In this document: positions 1-11,678 of the stretch, piece by piece
Position numbering within the stretch: position 1 is the stretch's first letter
Layout of the letters: each line of letters starts with the position of its first letter
Source: the human T2T-CHM13v2.0 reference genome, Homo sapiens
DNA: 64,000 nucleotides
Direction: 5' to 3' (one strand)
Assembly (NCBI RefSeq): GCF_009914755.1
Contig: NC_060936.1
Program-made: the position numbers and the translations under genes
Notes under the pieces: model-generated
Databases searched by the model: none
Seen by the model: the letters and a program-made list of their open reading frames with translations, nothing else
What the model was told of the DNA's origin: nothing

Positions 1-1261
1 CCACATCCATACCAGTATTTGTCATTTTTTGTCTTTTTGATAACAGTCATTCTAGTTGGGATGAGGTAATATCTCATTGTGGTTTTGATTTGCATTTCCC
101 TGATGATTAGTAATGTTGAACTTTTTTTCATTTACCTGTTGGCCATTTGTATGTCTTTTTTTGAGAAACATCTATTCTTATTCTTTGCTCATTTTCAAAG
201 TCAGATTATTTGCTTTTTTGCTATTTCATTGTTTTGTCTGAATTCCTTACATTATCAGGATACTGGCTTCTTGTCAGATGCAGTTTGTGAATATTTCCTC
301 CCATTCTGTAGGTTGTCTCTTCACTTTGTTGATTATTTCCTTTGTTGTGCAGAAACTTTTTAGTTTGATGGCATTCCCTTTGTCTATTTTTGCCTTTGTT
401 GCTTGTGATTTTGGGTTCTTATCCAAAGAGTTCCTTGCCCAGACCAATGTCATGAAGCATTTTCCCTGTTTTCTTCCAGTAGTTTTATAGTTTCAGGTCT
501 TATATTTAAGTCTTTAACCCATTTTGAGTTGATTTTCGCATATAGTGAGAGATATAGGTTTAGTTTAATTCTTCTGCATGTGGATATCCAGTTTTCACAG
601 TGCCACTTATTGAAGAGACTGTCATTTCCCCAATGTGTGTTATTGGTGCCTTTGTCAAAAACTGGTTGTAGGTGCAAAAATTGGTTGTAGGTGTGTGAAC
701 TTATTTCTGCATTCTCTATTCTGTTCCATTGGTTTATATCTATTTTTATGCCAGTACCAAGCTGTTTTGGTTATAATAGCTTTGTAGTATGAGTTGAAAG
801 CAGGTAGTGTGATGCCTCCAGTTTTTTTTTTTTTTTTTTCCCAAAGTCGCTTTGGCTATTTGGGGTACTTTGTGGTTCCATATGAGTTTTAGGATTGTTT
901 TTTCTATTTCCGTATAGAATGTCATTTATATTTTGATAGAGACTGCATTAAATCTGTAGACTGCTTTGGGTAGCATGGACATAATATTTTTCCAACTCAT
1001 GAACTTGGGATGTATTTCCATTTAATTGTGTCCTCTTCAATTTTTTTTCATTAATGTTTTCTAGTTTTCATTGCAGAGATCTTTCACCTCCTTGGTTAAA
1101 TTTATTCTTAGGTTTTTTTTTATAGTGATTGCAAATGAGATTATTTTCTTGATTTCTTTCTCAGATAGTTCAGTATTGATGTGTAGAAATGCTAGTGATT
1201 TTTGTATGTTGATTTTGTATCCTGAAACTTCATTGAATTTGTTTATTAATTTGAATAGTTT
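1..1261 (-). mobile_element. Old L1 (L1MA/L1PB-age) ORF2 3' portion, degenerate
   Basis: Minus-strand ORFs resemble L1 ORF2 (450-677 '[19 protein letters not shown]'; 1061-1351 'LINKFNEVSGYKINIQKS'); frameshifted; runs off the window start. Confidence 0.9.
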
Positions 1262-1658
1262 TAGACATTTTAGACAATATCTTTCCACCACAGAGCATAA
1301 AATAAGCAAAACAAACAAACACACAAACAAAAAACACAATGAGTAATGCATGTGGGTCTTTGCCCCATGTGGGGTATTGTGGGAAATCTGCCATTGGCAT
1401 GTCTAGCCTGCACACATCCAATTTTATTACCCTTTGTGGGCATGCTTTTGTGGGGGAAATCTGGGCATGCATGGGAGGGTCTTTGTCCCCTTGAGGATAC
1501 TGAATAAATTAAGTGTTATGCACCAGCGTTTTGACTGTGATCTGTCACATGAAGCCAGGTGTGGATTTTTCCATTTTTGGTGTCAAGTTGGCTTCAAAAA
1601 GTGTCAGATTTTGAAACATTTTGGAGTTCAGATTTTTGGATTAGGGGTACTCAGTCTG
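1262..1658 (-). mobile_element. Tigger4 (Zombi/MER46 family) DNA transposon, 5' end
   Basis: Terminal 'gatttttggattaggggtactcagtctg' followed by TA, and internal 'gacaatatctttccaccacagagc', match the remembered Tigger4 consensus; interrupted by the L1 near the transposase start. Confidence 0.8.
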
Positions 1659-1869
1659 TACTAACAAATAGAATATCATTACATAATTTGACCACTTGGG
1701 GTTTCTCCTCAGCTGTAAAATCAAGGATTTGAAATAAATAACTTTTCAGGTACTTTTCTGCTGTAAAATTTATACATATAATTTGTGTCTGGTGTGTTAA
1801 TTGGCAGGTACTATTTGTTAAATAAATAAAGCAACTTAACTTTTGTTGCATACAAATACTCTAGACTTC

Positions 1870-3400
1870 TATCTTCCCCTCAACAATTTATGATTTTCTT
1901 ACCTTAATTTACATTTTTTACAGTGTGTGTTCCTTAACATCTTATTATAGCTATAGTTATCACTGACTATTTTGTCTTTTAGTATTCATACTAAGGATTT
2001 CTGTATTCTGTCATTGTATTCATGGAATATTCTGAATTTGATCGTGAATGTACCTCTACTAGTTCTGAATTTGAGTTTGAATTTACCTCTACCAATGATT
2101 TTTATACTTTCACTTATTTTCATGATGGTAGTTATTATCCTCTCACCTCCAATTGTAGCACTCTCTTAAGTATTTCTTGTAAGGCTGCTCTAGTGGTGGT
2201 GAGTTCCCTCAGCTTTTGCTTGTCTGGGAAAGACTTTATTTCCCCATTTCTGAAAGATAGTTTTTCTGGGTACAGTATCCTTGATTAACAGTTTTTTTTT
2301 CTTTCAACACTTTAGATATATCATTTCATTCTCTCTATGCCGGTAACATTTTTGCAGACATATCTGCTGATAGTCTAATCAGGATTCCCTTATGTATGAC
2401 TTGACACTTTTCTCTTTGTATTTTTGGAATTATCTGTCTTTGACTTTTGACAGTTTGACTATAACGTGCCTCAGAGAATACCTTTTTGGATTGAATTTAT
2501 TTGGGGATTTTGAGCTTCCTGGTTCTGGATGTGTATATATCTTCCAACACTTGGAAAGTTTTTAGCTGTTATTTGTTAAATAGGTTTTCTATTCCTTTTC
2601 TCATCTCTTTTCCTTCTAGAATTCCGATAATGAGTATATTCATTCACTTAATGGTGTCCCGTAAGTCCCTTAGGCTTTCTTTATTCTTTTAAATTTATTC
2701 TTCCTTTTTTTTTGATCTGACTGAATTATTTTAAAAGGCCTGTCTTCAAGTTCAGAAATTATTTCTTTTGCTTGATCTGGTCTATCGAAGTTCTCAATTG
2801 TATTTTTAATTTCATTAAATGAATTATTCAGCTCTACGATTTCTGTTTGGTTCTTTATTATAATATCCATCTCTTGTTGAATTTCTCATTTATATCATGA
2901 ATTGTTTTCCTGATTTCATTGAATCGTCTATCTGTAGTTTCTTGTACTTCACTGAATTTCCTTAAGATTATTATTTTAAATTCCTTTTCATGCATTTCAT
3001 ACATTTCCTTTTCTTTGGAGTCTGTTACTGGAGAATTATTGTATTCTTTTGGAGGTGTCATGTTTCTTTGCTTTTTCATGTTTCTGTATCCCTACATTGA
3101 TGTCAGAACATCTGGTGGAACAGCTGCCTCTTCCAATTTTATAAAGTAGCTTTTGTAAAGAAAGACTTTCTTCACCTGTAATAAACATCAGCAGTGTCTG
3201 CCAGCACTTCAGTGGCTTAGGCTGTGGATCTTTGTGGAGGTGGTAGTACAGTTTTGCTAGTGTCAGTGCTGCTGGGTGGTCCAGTCCTTAGGCCCTGTAG
3301 GGTGCATGCAAAGTGTGGCCATTCTGCTGGGCACAGGAGTGGCATTGCTGGGGATGGGGCTGCTGAGTGGGTTGGTCCTTAGGATGTCTGCCAGTGTTTA
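1870..3400 (-). mobile_element. Old L1M ORF1 and 5'UTR fragment
   Basis: ORFs 2858-3079 (MKKQRNMTPPKEYNNSPVTD...KEFKIIILRK) and 2670-2870 are L1 ORF1p-like. Confidence 0.85.
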
Positions 3401-3965
3401 AGAATCCCTGTAATGGTTAGAATAATGGACCCTCTGATCAGATGGACCTAGCTTTCTCTCTTGGCTCTGTCTCATCTTTTGCAAATTATTTAACCTCCCT
3501 GAACCTTAATTTCTTTATTTATAAAATGAGAATATTAATAATGATGATGCTATCATGACAATGATCAAGATAATAAAAATACTCACTCTATAGAGTTTTG
3601 TATTTATTAAGTGAATGAATGTATACAGAGCTCTTAGCACATTGTCTGGAAGATAGTAAGTGCTTAGTAAATTATTATTATTGTATTAATACAAATAGAG
3701 AAGAAAGGAAAAAATGGGAAAAGGATTTCTCATTTGTTAAGATATGATACTCAGATCTCTTACTCCCTTTAACCCATATAACCCATTTTACAGGAATGTG
3801 GATTTTGAAGTAGCTGTACTGGTAGCATATGTCCTACATCACTACAGCACTGACACCAGCAAAACTACTACCACCTCCACAAAGATCCACAGCCTAAGGC
3901 ACTGAAGCACTGGCAGACAGTGCTGATGTTTATTACAGCTGAAGAAAGTCTTTCTTTACAAAAGC
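3149..3965. repeat. Local inverted repeat, arms 3149-3271 and 3845-3965
   Basis: Manual reverse-complement alignment: 6 substitutions and one 2-nt indel over ~122 bp. Confidence 0.95.
3420..3685 (+). mobile_element. MIR SINE
   Basis: MIR core-like 'ttatttaacctccctgaaccttaatttctttatttataaaatgagaata' and 3' 'cttagcacattgtctgg...tagtaagtgcttagtaaa'. Confidence 0.7.
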
Positions 3966-4786
3966 AATTCAGCCCTCACTTTGGCTATTGAAGGCTAATA
4001 ATTCTCTCCTTAAATAACATAAGGCCAAACCATGAGGAGAATTAAAGATGGGTCTGGATAGTACACTTCCAAATAATAAAGGGGATTTAAGCAAAGAATA
4101 GTAAATAAAAAATTTGCCATCCTAAAGCCACAAAAAGTATTCTTCAGATTTTGTTTTCATAACAGATAACTTCTCAATCTTTTTTCAAGTTACTTAAATA
4201 GAAGTTAATTAGCTAATAGAATACATATAAAGTGTCACTAAGGCTTGTGGAATTTAATTGTTGATATGGTCTCTGAGGAATTTTTAAAATGTCAAATGGT
4301 TTACAAGATGTTTTGAAGATAATGTTAGTATTAAAGTTACAATTATTATGTCAAACATAATGAATCAGTCATTACTCATAACAATTACAATACACAGCTC
4401 TGCTATTGCCTTAATTGCACATATTTATTTTATAATTTAACACCAAAGGAAACTGTGAGCATACCTTAAAGATTTAAATGTATCTTCAATAAAGAAAAAT
4501 TATTCTAAATAAATATACAGTATAGTAGTAAAATCTTAAACAATTTACCTGTGATATTTGGCATATCAAAGATTGGTTGTCACTACTCTGGTTAAAAATA
4601 AGTGATTTTCACTTTCAACCTTGGAATTTATATTCTGAAATCTTTTTGCATTTTAAAAGTAGCTTGAATTCTCTCTTTCTCTCTCTTTGTTGTAGAGGGC
4701 TCTTCTGTCTCTCAGACACAGATACAGAAATACATACCCACACACCAACACAGATTTCTCTCCAAAGTTGAATTCTGTTCTGTCTG

Positions 4787-4829
4787 TCCATCCATCCATC
4801 CATCCATCCATCCATCCATCCATCCATCC
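4787..4829 (+). repeat. (TCCA)n microsatellite
   Basis: About 10 perfect TCCA units. Confidence 0.95.
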
Positions 4830-5267
4830 TGAGTAACATTAAAGAGTTATTTTTCAAATAATGACATGGACACAATTCAAAATTTGTAGTTTCCAATTTG
4901 ACCTAAGTGCAAATGAAGACTAATAGGAGGACCTAAGTTGTTTAATTCTGGAATACATTATGAACTAGATGTGACATGGTGATATAAAATAATTTCACTG
5001 ATAACCTTTAGAAAGCAGTATTCGCAGTGTGACTGAGAGTGGGAAAAATATTCAGGAATGAGAAATTTGTATTACATTGTAAAGTCCTTCCACAGTGATG
5101 ATGAAAGGTGGGGAGGAAGCTGTAAAATTTTCTCTTCCTGCGGGTACAGTAGAAAGGGTTGTGGGTAGGTAGCCTCTCAGGTGAGACAGGCTTCTTTTTC
5201 CCTGCCCCTCTTATTTTTTGACTGAAAGAAAAGATGCTGGACAGTAATATCATATATGGAATCACAA

Positions 5268-5470
5268 GCATTAGATGTGAAATCAGGTAGATTTACGTGA
5301 CAGCCCCTTTTTATTACTTTCTAGCTGTTTGACCGTGGGTGAGTCACTTAACTTCTCAGAGCCTCAGTTTCCTGAAAGCTATAAAATGGACTCATATTGA
5401 GCTCAAATTAGATGGTATATAGGAAAATGTGGTAAAACTGTAAAACAGTAGAAATGTTACTTGTTATTAT
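5268..5470 (+). mobile_element. MIR SINE
   Basis: Core 'tagctgtttgaccgtgggtgagtcacttaacttctcagagcctcagtttcc'. Confidence 0.7.
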
Positions 5471-5601
5471 TAATGGTTATGACCCAAAATTATGGCCATT
5501 TCCTAAAAAATAATTAGTAATCCAAGGTCCCTATTGCCTTTCTTTCACCCTTAACACTCAAAGGAAGGCAAGCAGAACACCTGAACCAATTGAACTTGTC
5601 A

Positions 5602-5926
<325 letters not shown>

Positions 5927-5986
5927 TCATGCCGCACAGATATTGCCCATGATAAAGACTGGCATCTTATAATGGTGAAGTTCCTT

Positions 5987-6541
5987 TGTATTAGTCAGGG
6001 CTCTCCAGAGGGACAGAACTAATATATGAAAGGAAGTTTATTAAGGAGAATTGACTCACATGATCACAAGATGAAGTCCCACAATAGGCCGTCTTAAAGC
6101 TGAGGAGCAAGGAAGCCAGTAGTGGCTCAGTCCAAGTCCCGAAGCTTCAAAAGTAGGGAAGCTAGCAGTGCAGCCTTCAGTCTGTGTCTAAAGGCCTGAG
6201 AGCCCCTGGCAAACCAATGGGATATGTTCAAGAGTCTAAGAGCCAAAGAACCTGGAGTCTGATGTTTAAGGGCAGGAAGCACTCAGCTCGAGAGAAATAT
6301 GAAATCCAGAAGACTCAGGAGGCAGCTTATCCCACCTTCTTCCACCTGCTTTTGTTCTAGCTGCGCTGGCAGCCAATTGGATGGTGCCCACCCGGATTGA
6401 GGGTGGGTCTTCCTCTTCTACTGACTCAGGTGTTAATTTCCTCTGGCAACACCCTCACAGACACACCCAGAAACAACACTTTATCAGCTATCTAGGTATC
6501 CTTCAATCCAATCAAGTTGTTACATGATATTAATCATCATA
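5987..6541 (-). mobile_element. MLT2A/B-type solo LTR (ERV-L)
   Basis: Runs from 'tgtattagtcagggctctccagagggacagaac' to 'caatccaatcaagttg...taatcatcata'; 5-bp TSD tcctt/tcctg. Confidence 0.9.
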
Positions 6542-7589
6542 TCCTGGATCTTAAACTGTTTAAGGGTACATATATATGTCAGTTGGGTGAACCAGTACAC
6601 TTTTTCCAAATACACACATCTACTCAACTGTATAAAGACTTCCGTGTTTGGTGATTGATAATATTCATTTCCTTTAACGTAGGAGACACTATTTTGGAAC
6701 GTTTTGAATGACATTTTTGTGGTTCACGCTGAAGGAGCGCTTCAGAGGCCAAACATATTATAGGAACGGCCTTTTAGAATTTTGCTGTCTGTCTCTTTTT
6801 TTTTTTTTTTTTTTCCAGATGGGATCCAAGGTAACAGGCCTTGATGTGACTTTTTCTCTACTGGCATCTTTATGATGATGAAGTTCCAGCATATGTTGGT
6901 GGTTCCCTTCCATCTGTCTGGGGATCCAGCAGGGGGATGGAAACCCCAGCCAAACTACTTTTAGGAACAAATACACAATATAAAGACTTTCCATTTCCTC
7001 TCATTTTGTTTTCTCTTTTGTTTCTCATTATGTAAATTCCAGAAAACTAATCATGCAGTAGAACAGGACAAGCAGAGCCTTTATGGTCAGAGTTCTTAAT
7101 TCATCTGTGTTAGATGCCCAAGGCCGTAGTCTGGCGTTGTATTTTAATGTCTTGAGAAGAAGGGGGATTGAATGCATTCCAGAATATCTTTGATTTAGTA
7201 AAAAAAAGATATCAGGCCCAGAATATTTCAGGATACAGTGCTGAGAACAGAGTACTGGAATTAGCCACTCTAGGAAAAAAGGAGTTTAGCCTTGTTATAG
7301 GAGTTAAAGACTGAAGCAATTTAAACAAGGTCCTTGTATATCAGAGCACTTTCCTTCTGGTATTCTTGTTAGTTTAACCCATGATAAAATTCTGGATTTT
7401 AGTAAATCTGATTCCTGATTAAATTTTTTTCCTGAAAACCCTCTGCCAGGTAATTTTTGGGGGGATTGGAGTGGTAATGCCCTGCTTTTCTCTCTTTTCC
7501 ATTTTCAAGACTTTTCCTAAGCTGGACTATTTGAATCCCATCTCCAGCTCTCAACTACCCACCATGTAATATAAGCTGGGCATAATGTT

Positions 7590-7760
7590 AGAAGTACTTA
7601 TCATGCCTTATCTTATTTTAGTCTCATAGCAATTCTGGGTGCAGATGCTATTATTTATTCCTATTTTACAGAAAAGAAAATTGAGGTATAGGGATTAAAT
7701 AAATGGCCCAAGGCCACTCTGCTAGTAAGTGGTGAAGCAGGGATCAACCCACTGGAATGC
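7590..7760 (-). mobile_element. MIR SINE
   Basis: 'cctattttacagaaaagaaaattgagg...gcccaaggccactctgctagtaagtgg'. Confidence 0.7.
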
Positions 7761-7969
7761 CTTTTCCTTGGGGTCCTAAGACCTGCATAGTCCTTAATCA
7801 GAAGGAGATGAAAGAGCCTATTTGACAGCTCAGGTAACTCAGTTCCGACTCGAGTTTGTTGTATTACTCTTGCTTCCTTTACACATTTCTGCCTTGTTCA
7901 TGAGAACTCCTGTTCCCGGATTTTTTTGTCATAGTTCCCATAACTATGGTTTTATCTGATTCCCTATAC

Positions 7970-8217
7970 CAGGGTTTCTTAACAGTGACTTTTTTTTTTG
8001 AGATGCACATCTTTGTTGTATGTATGTGTGTGTCAGGGGTGGGTGGGTGGGTGGGTGGATGGGGCTGTTCTGTCATTTCTCGTTCAGTAGCATAACCGGG
8101 CTCTATCTGCTAGATGTCAGTAGTACCCCCAGATGTGACAACCAAAGTGTCTCCAGACATTGCTAAGTGTCCCTGCGGTGGGGAGTGGAGGTGGTCGGCC
8201 TTGGTTTGGAGCCCCTG
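7970..8217 (-). mobile_element. MER20 (hAT-Charlie MITE) with internal (TG)/(GGGT) expansion
   Basis: Ends cagggtttct...gcccctg; internal 'gtgacaaccaaagtgtctccagacattgc'; 8-bp TSD-like ccctatac/tctcatac. Confidence 0.75.
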
Positions 8218-9499
8218 TCTCATACCGACATTCCTGACTGCTGGTTAGATTGTCTTACTCAGACTGAGACTCTGCCTTGCTTAAACACTAACCCTGAATG
8301 TCAGTTCTGTGCCTGGACCCTCTTAGCACCACACCTTTGTGACGCTAGTCACTTGCTGGAATCGCTGCATATTTTCTGGTTCTGGACTCTTCATCAGCAT
8401 GCATCTGTCCTTGGGGCACCTATCTGCAGGCACCTAACCTGATGATAAATTCTCGCCAGACACCATGTTCTCTGATTTGTGCTAAGCTCCCCAGATGGAC
8501 TCCCTCTGGCTGTCTCTACAGTTCCATCATGTCTCGTCCGAGTCAATTTGTTCTATGGTATTTATGACTGAGCCTTAAGTCTCTGCTCCGATTCAGCCTT
8601 TATCTCTTTGAGGGCTGCTGCCCTATAGTTAGTTCAAATGAACTCTCCACTTTGATCTTTGACTAGATTTAAAATTCCACCTTTGATATAGCGGAGAATG
8701 CATGTTACATGGGAATCAGGTAGATTTCAAGTTGTGGGAAAGGCAAAAATTTGTATAGTTAATTTTTCTCTTGAAAATTGCGTATGAAAAAGCTAGTGAA
8801 GACCAACATTTTCATCTTTCACTAAGTCCAACCCAGTTATAATCTTCTCCAGCATTGGGACACATTCCTGTAATTTAATTCAAAAAGAAAGGATTTTTAA
8901 ATATTAGAATTATATTCACTATGACAAGAAACGTACACCATGAGAGCACTTGGGAACTAAGACTGAATAATCAATGGCATTTTCACCTCTTGCCTCTTAC
9001 ACTAACTTTACGTAGGGCCCTGGCTTCCAAGTAGAAGCAGGAATGGAGTCATATGGAACAATGATTCCTGTGGTTTCTCTCTCTCCTTTCTTTTGCTTTC
9101 ACTGTTGTTGTTCTTGAATATAAATATGTTGCTAAATACATAGGATGCCATTGTTTTGTAATTGACTATTTCCTGGGAGCAGTGGAAAAGAAGGAAGCAA
9201 GAAAGGCTTTGCTAGTGCATATCAGCATTAAGCCAGACATAGTGATTTTCAAACCTTCTTCCCAAGGAGTTCTAGGAGTTCCTCAGAGGAGCTTCAGGCT
9301 GTTGGGACAGGATAGTGCTTGTTTCGATAACAGAAGCTCTGCTTTCTTTTCCCTTTTGCTTTTCAAAATTTTGTATAAAATTTAATGTGAACAATAGATT
9401 CAATGGCTAAAAAAACATTAAATTGTGCAAAACACTCAGACTCAGCCATATTGTTGATATTTATTTTTCTGATTCATGGTTTGCTTTTTATCTCATGCT

Positions 9500-10438
9500 T
9501 TGATTCATATGAGCATATCCATGCACACTCAATAGTTTCTAAGCATTTTAGAAACAAAATGTAATCATACTTTATATTCTAAGCATAACTTTTTTCATGT
9601 ATCAATTTATTATGGTCATTTTTGCATGTCAGAACATATAAAATGATTTTGTGACATTCAATAATATGATACCACAATTGATAAGTATTCAGTGCTGTAT
9701 TTCAAACAATGCAGCAAAAGTTTTTCCTATACATACTAAGTATTTTTTCAGGATAGATTCTGAGAAACAGAGCTTAATAGTCTAAGGTCTGTACATTTAA
9801 GCTTTTCATAGAGACTTTCAAGTTACACTAATAAATAGGGATCTAATTTAAAATTATACTGGTAGTATGAGTCTTCTCTATACCAATATCCTAGGCAAAA
9901 CTGATTATTAATCAATTTAATTTTTACTAAGCAATTGGGTGAAAAAAATTGTTATTTTCATTTAATTTTCCTGATCAATGGTGAAGTATTTTACCTTTTA
10001 AAATACTGACTAGTCACTTATATTTCTTCTGTGAGTTACTTTTCCATATACTTAGCTCATTTTTTCTGCTTGGTTGCTTAATTTCTCATATTAATTTTCA
10101 GGAACTGTTTTCTAAATACTTTTTTCTCAGTTGCTTGTATTGTATATATTGTATTACAGTCTGTCACTCACCTTCTAATTTTGATTATCATTTATTTAAC
10201 TGTTTAGTAGTAAGGATGTATATATTCAAATCTCTCATTTTTTTGATCTCATTTTAAAATGATGTATTTTGCTTAGAAGGCCTTCTGTGTTATAGGCTTT
10301 CAAAAATATCCTTTTAAATAGTATTTTATATTGCATTTTTTGTTTAGACATTACTTTTGCACATGGCATGAACCTGACTCTGTTCTTCAAAATACAGTCT
10401 GTGTTTTAGAGTGCTTTTCAAATAATTTATCATTTCCT
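9500..10438 (-). mobile_element. Very old L1ME-like fragment
   Basis: Degenerate antisense L1 3' phrases ('ttttcatttaattttcctgatcaatggtgaag', 'tatttcttctgtgag'). Confidence 0.5.
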
Positions 10439-10439
10439 T

Positions 10440-11110
<671 letters not shown>

Positions 11111-11614
11111 CCTATTGAATTCACATGCCACGTTTCTTATCTTTTACATTTCTACATATAGTTGGTAAACTCTGAACTTTGTATTTTTTTTACTTTAAAA
11201 TAAACTTTTAAATTTTACTCAATAGTTTTAGTAGGTTTTTTTAGCATCAAACAAAATAGATTTTATTTATTTCAATAGGTTTTTGGGGAACAGGTGGTGT
11301 TTGGTTACATGGATAAGTTCCTCAGTGGTGATTTCTGAGATTTTGCTGCACCTGTCACCTGTGCAGTGTACACTGTATTCAATGTATAGTTTTTTGTCCC
11401 TCCCCCCAGCCCTTTCTCCTAGTCTCTAAAGTCCATTGCATCATTCTAATGCCTTTGCATCCTCATAGCTTAGCTCCCACTTACGAGTGAGAACATACGA
11501 TGTTTGGTTTCCCATTCCTGAATTACTTCACTTAGGATAATGGTCTCCAATTCCATCCAGGTTACTGTGAATGCCATTATTTCATTCCTTTTTATGGCTG
11601 AGTAGTATTCCATG

Positions 11615-11625
11615 GTATGTATGTG

Positions 11626-11673
<48 letters not shown>

Positions 11674-11678
11674 TATAT
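11615..11678 (+). repeat. Compound (TG)n(TA)n(CA)n microsatellite within the L1PB
   Basis: Read directly from the sequence. Confidence 0.9.

Noticed and set aside
656-693. Short tandem duplications (also near 18570, 20525, 34793 and 62176)
   Set aside because: Ordinary two-copy slippage duplications, not an array or CRISPR-like structure
9238-9437. Possible old hAT/Charlie MITE
   Set aside because: Ends are only vaguely TIR-like, and I cannot assign a family without a search
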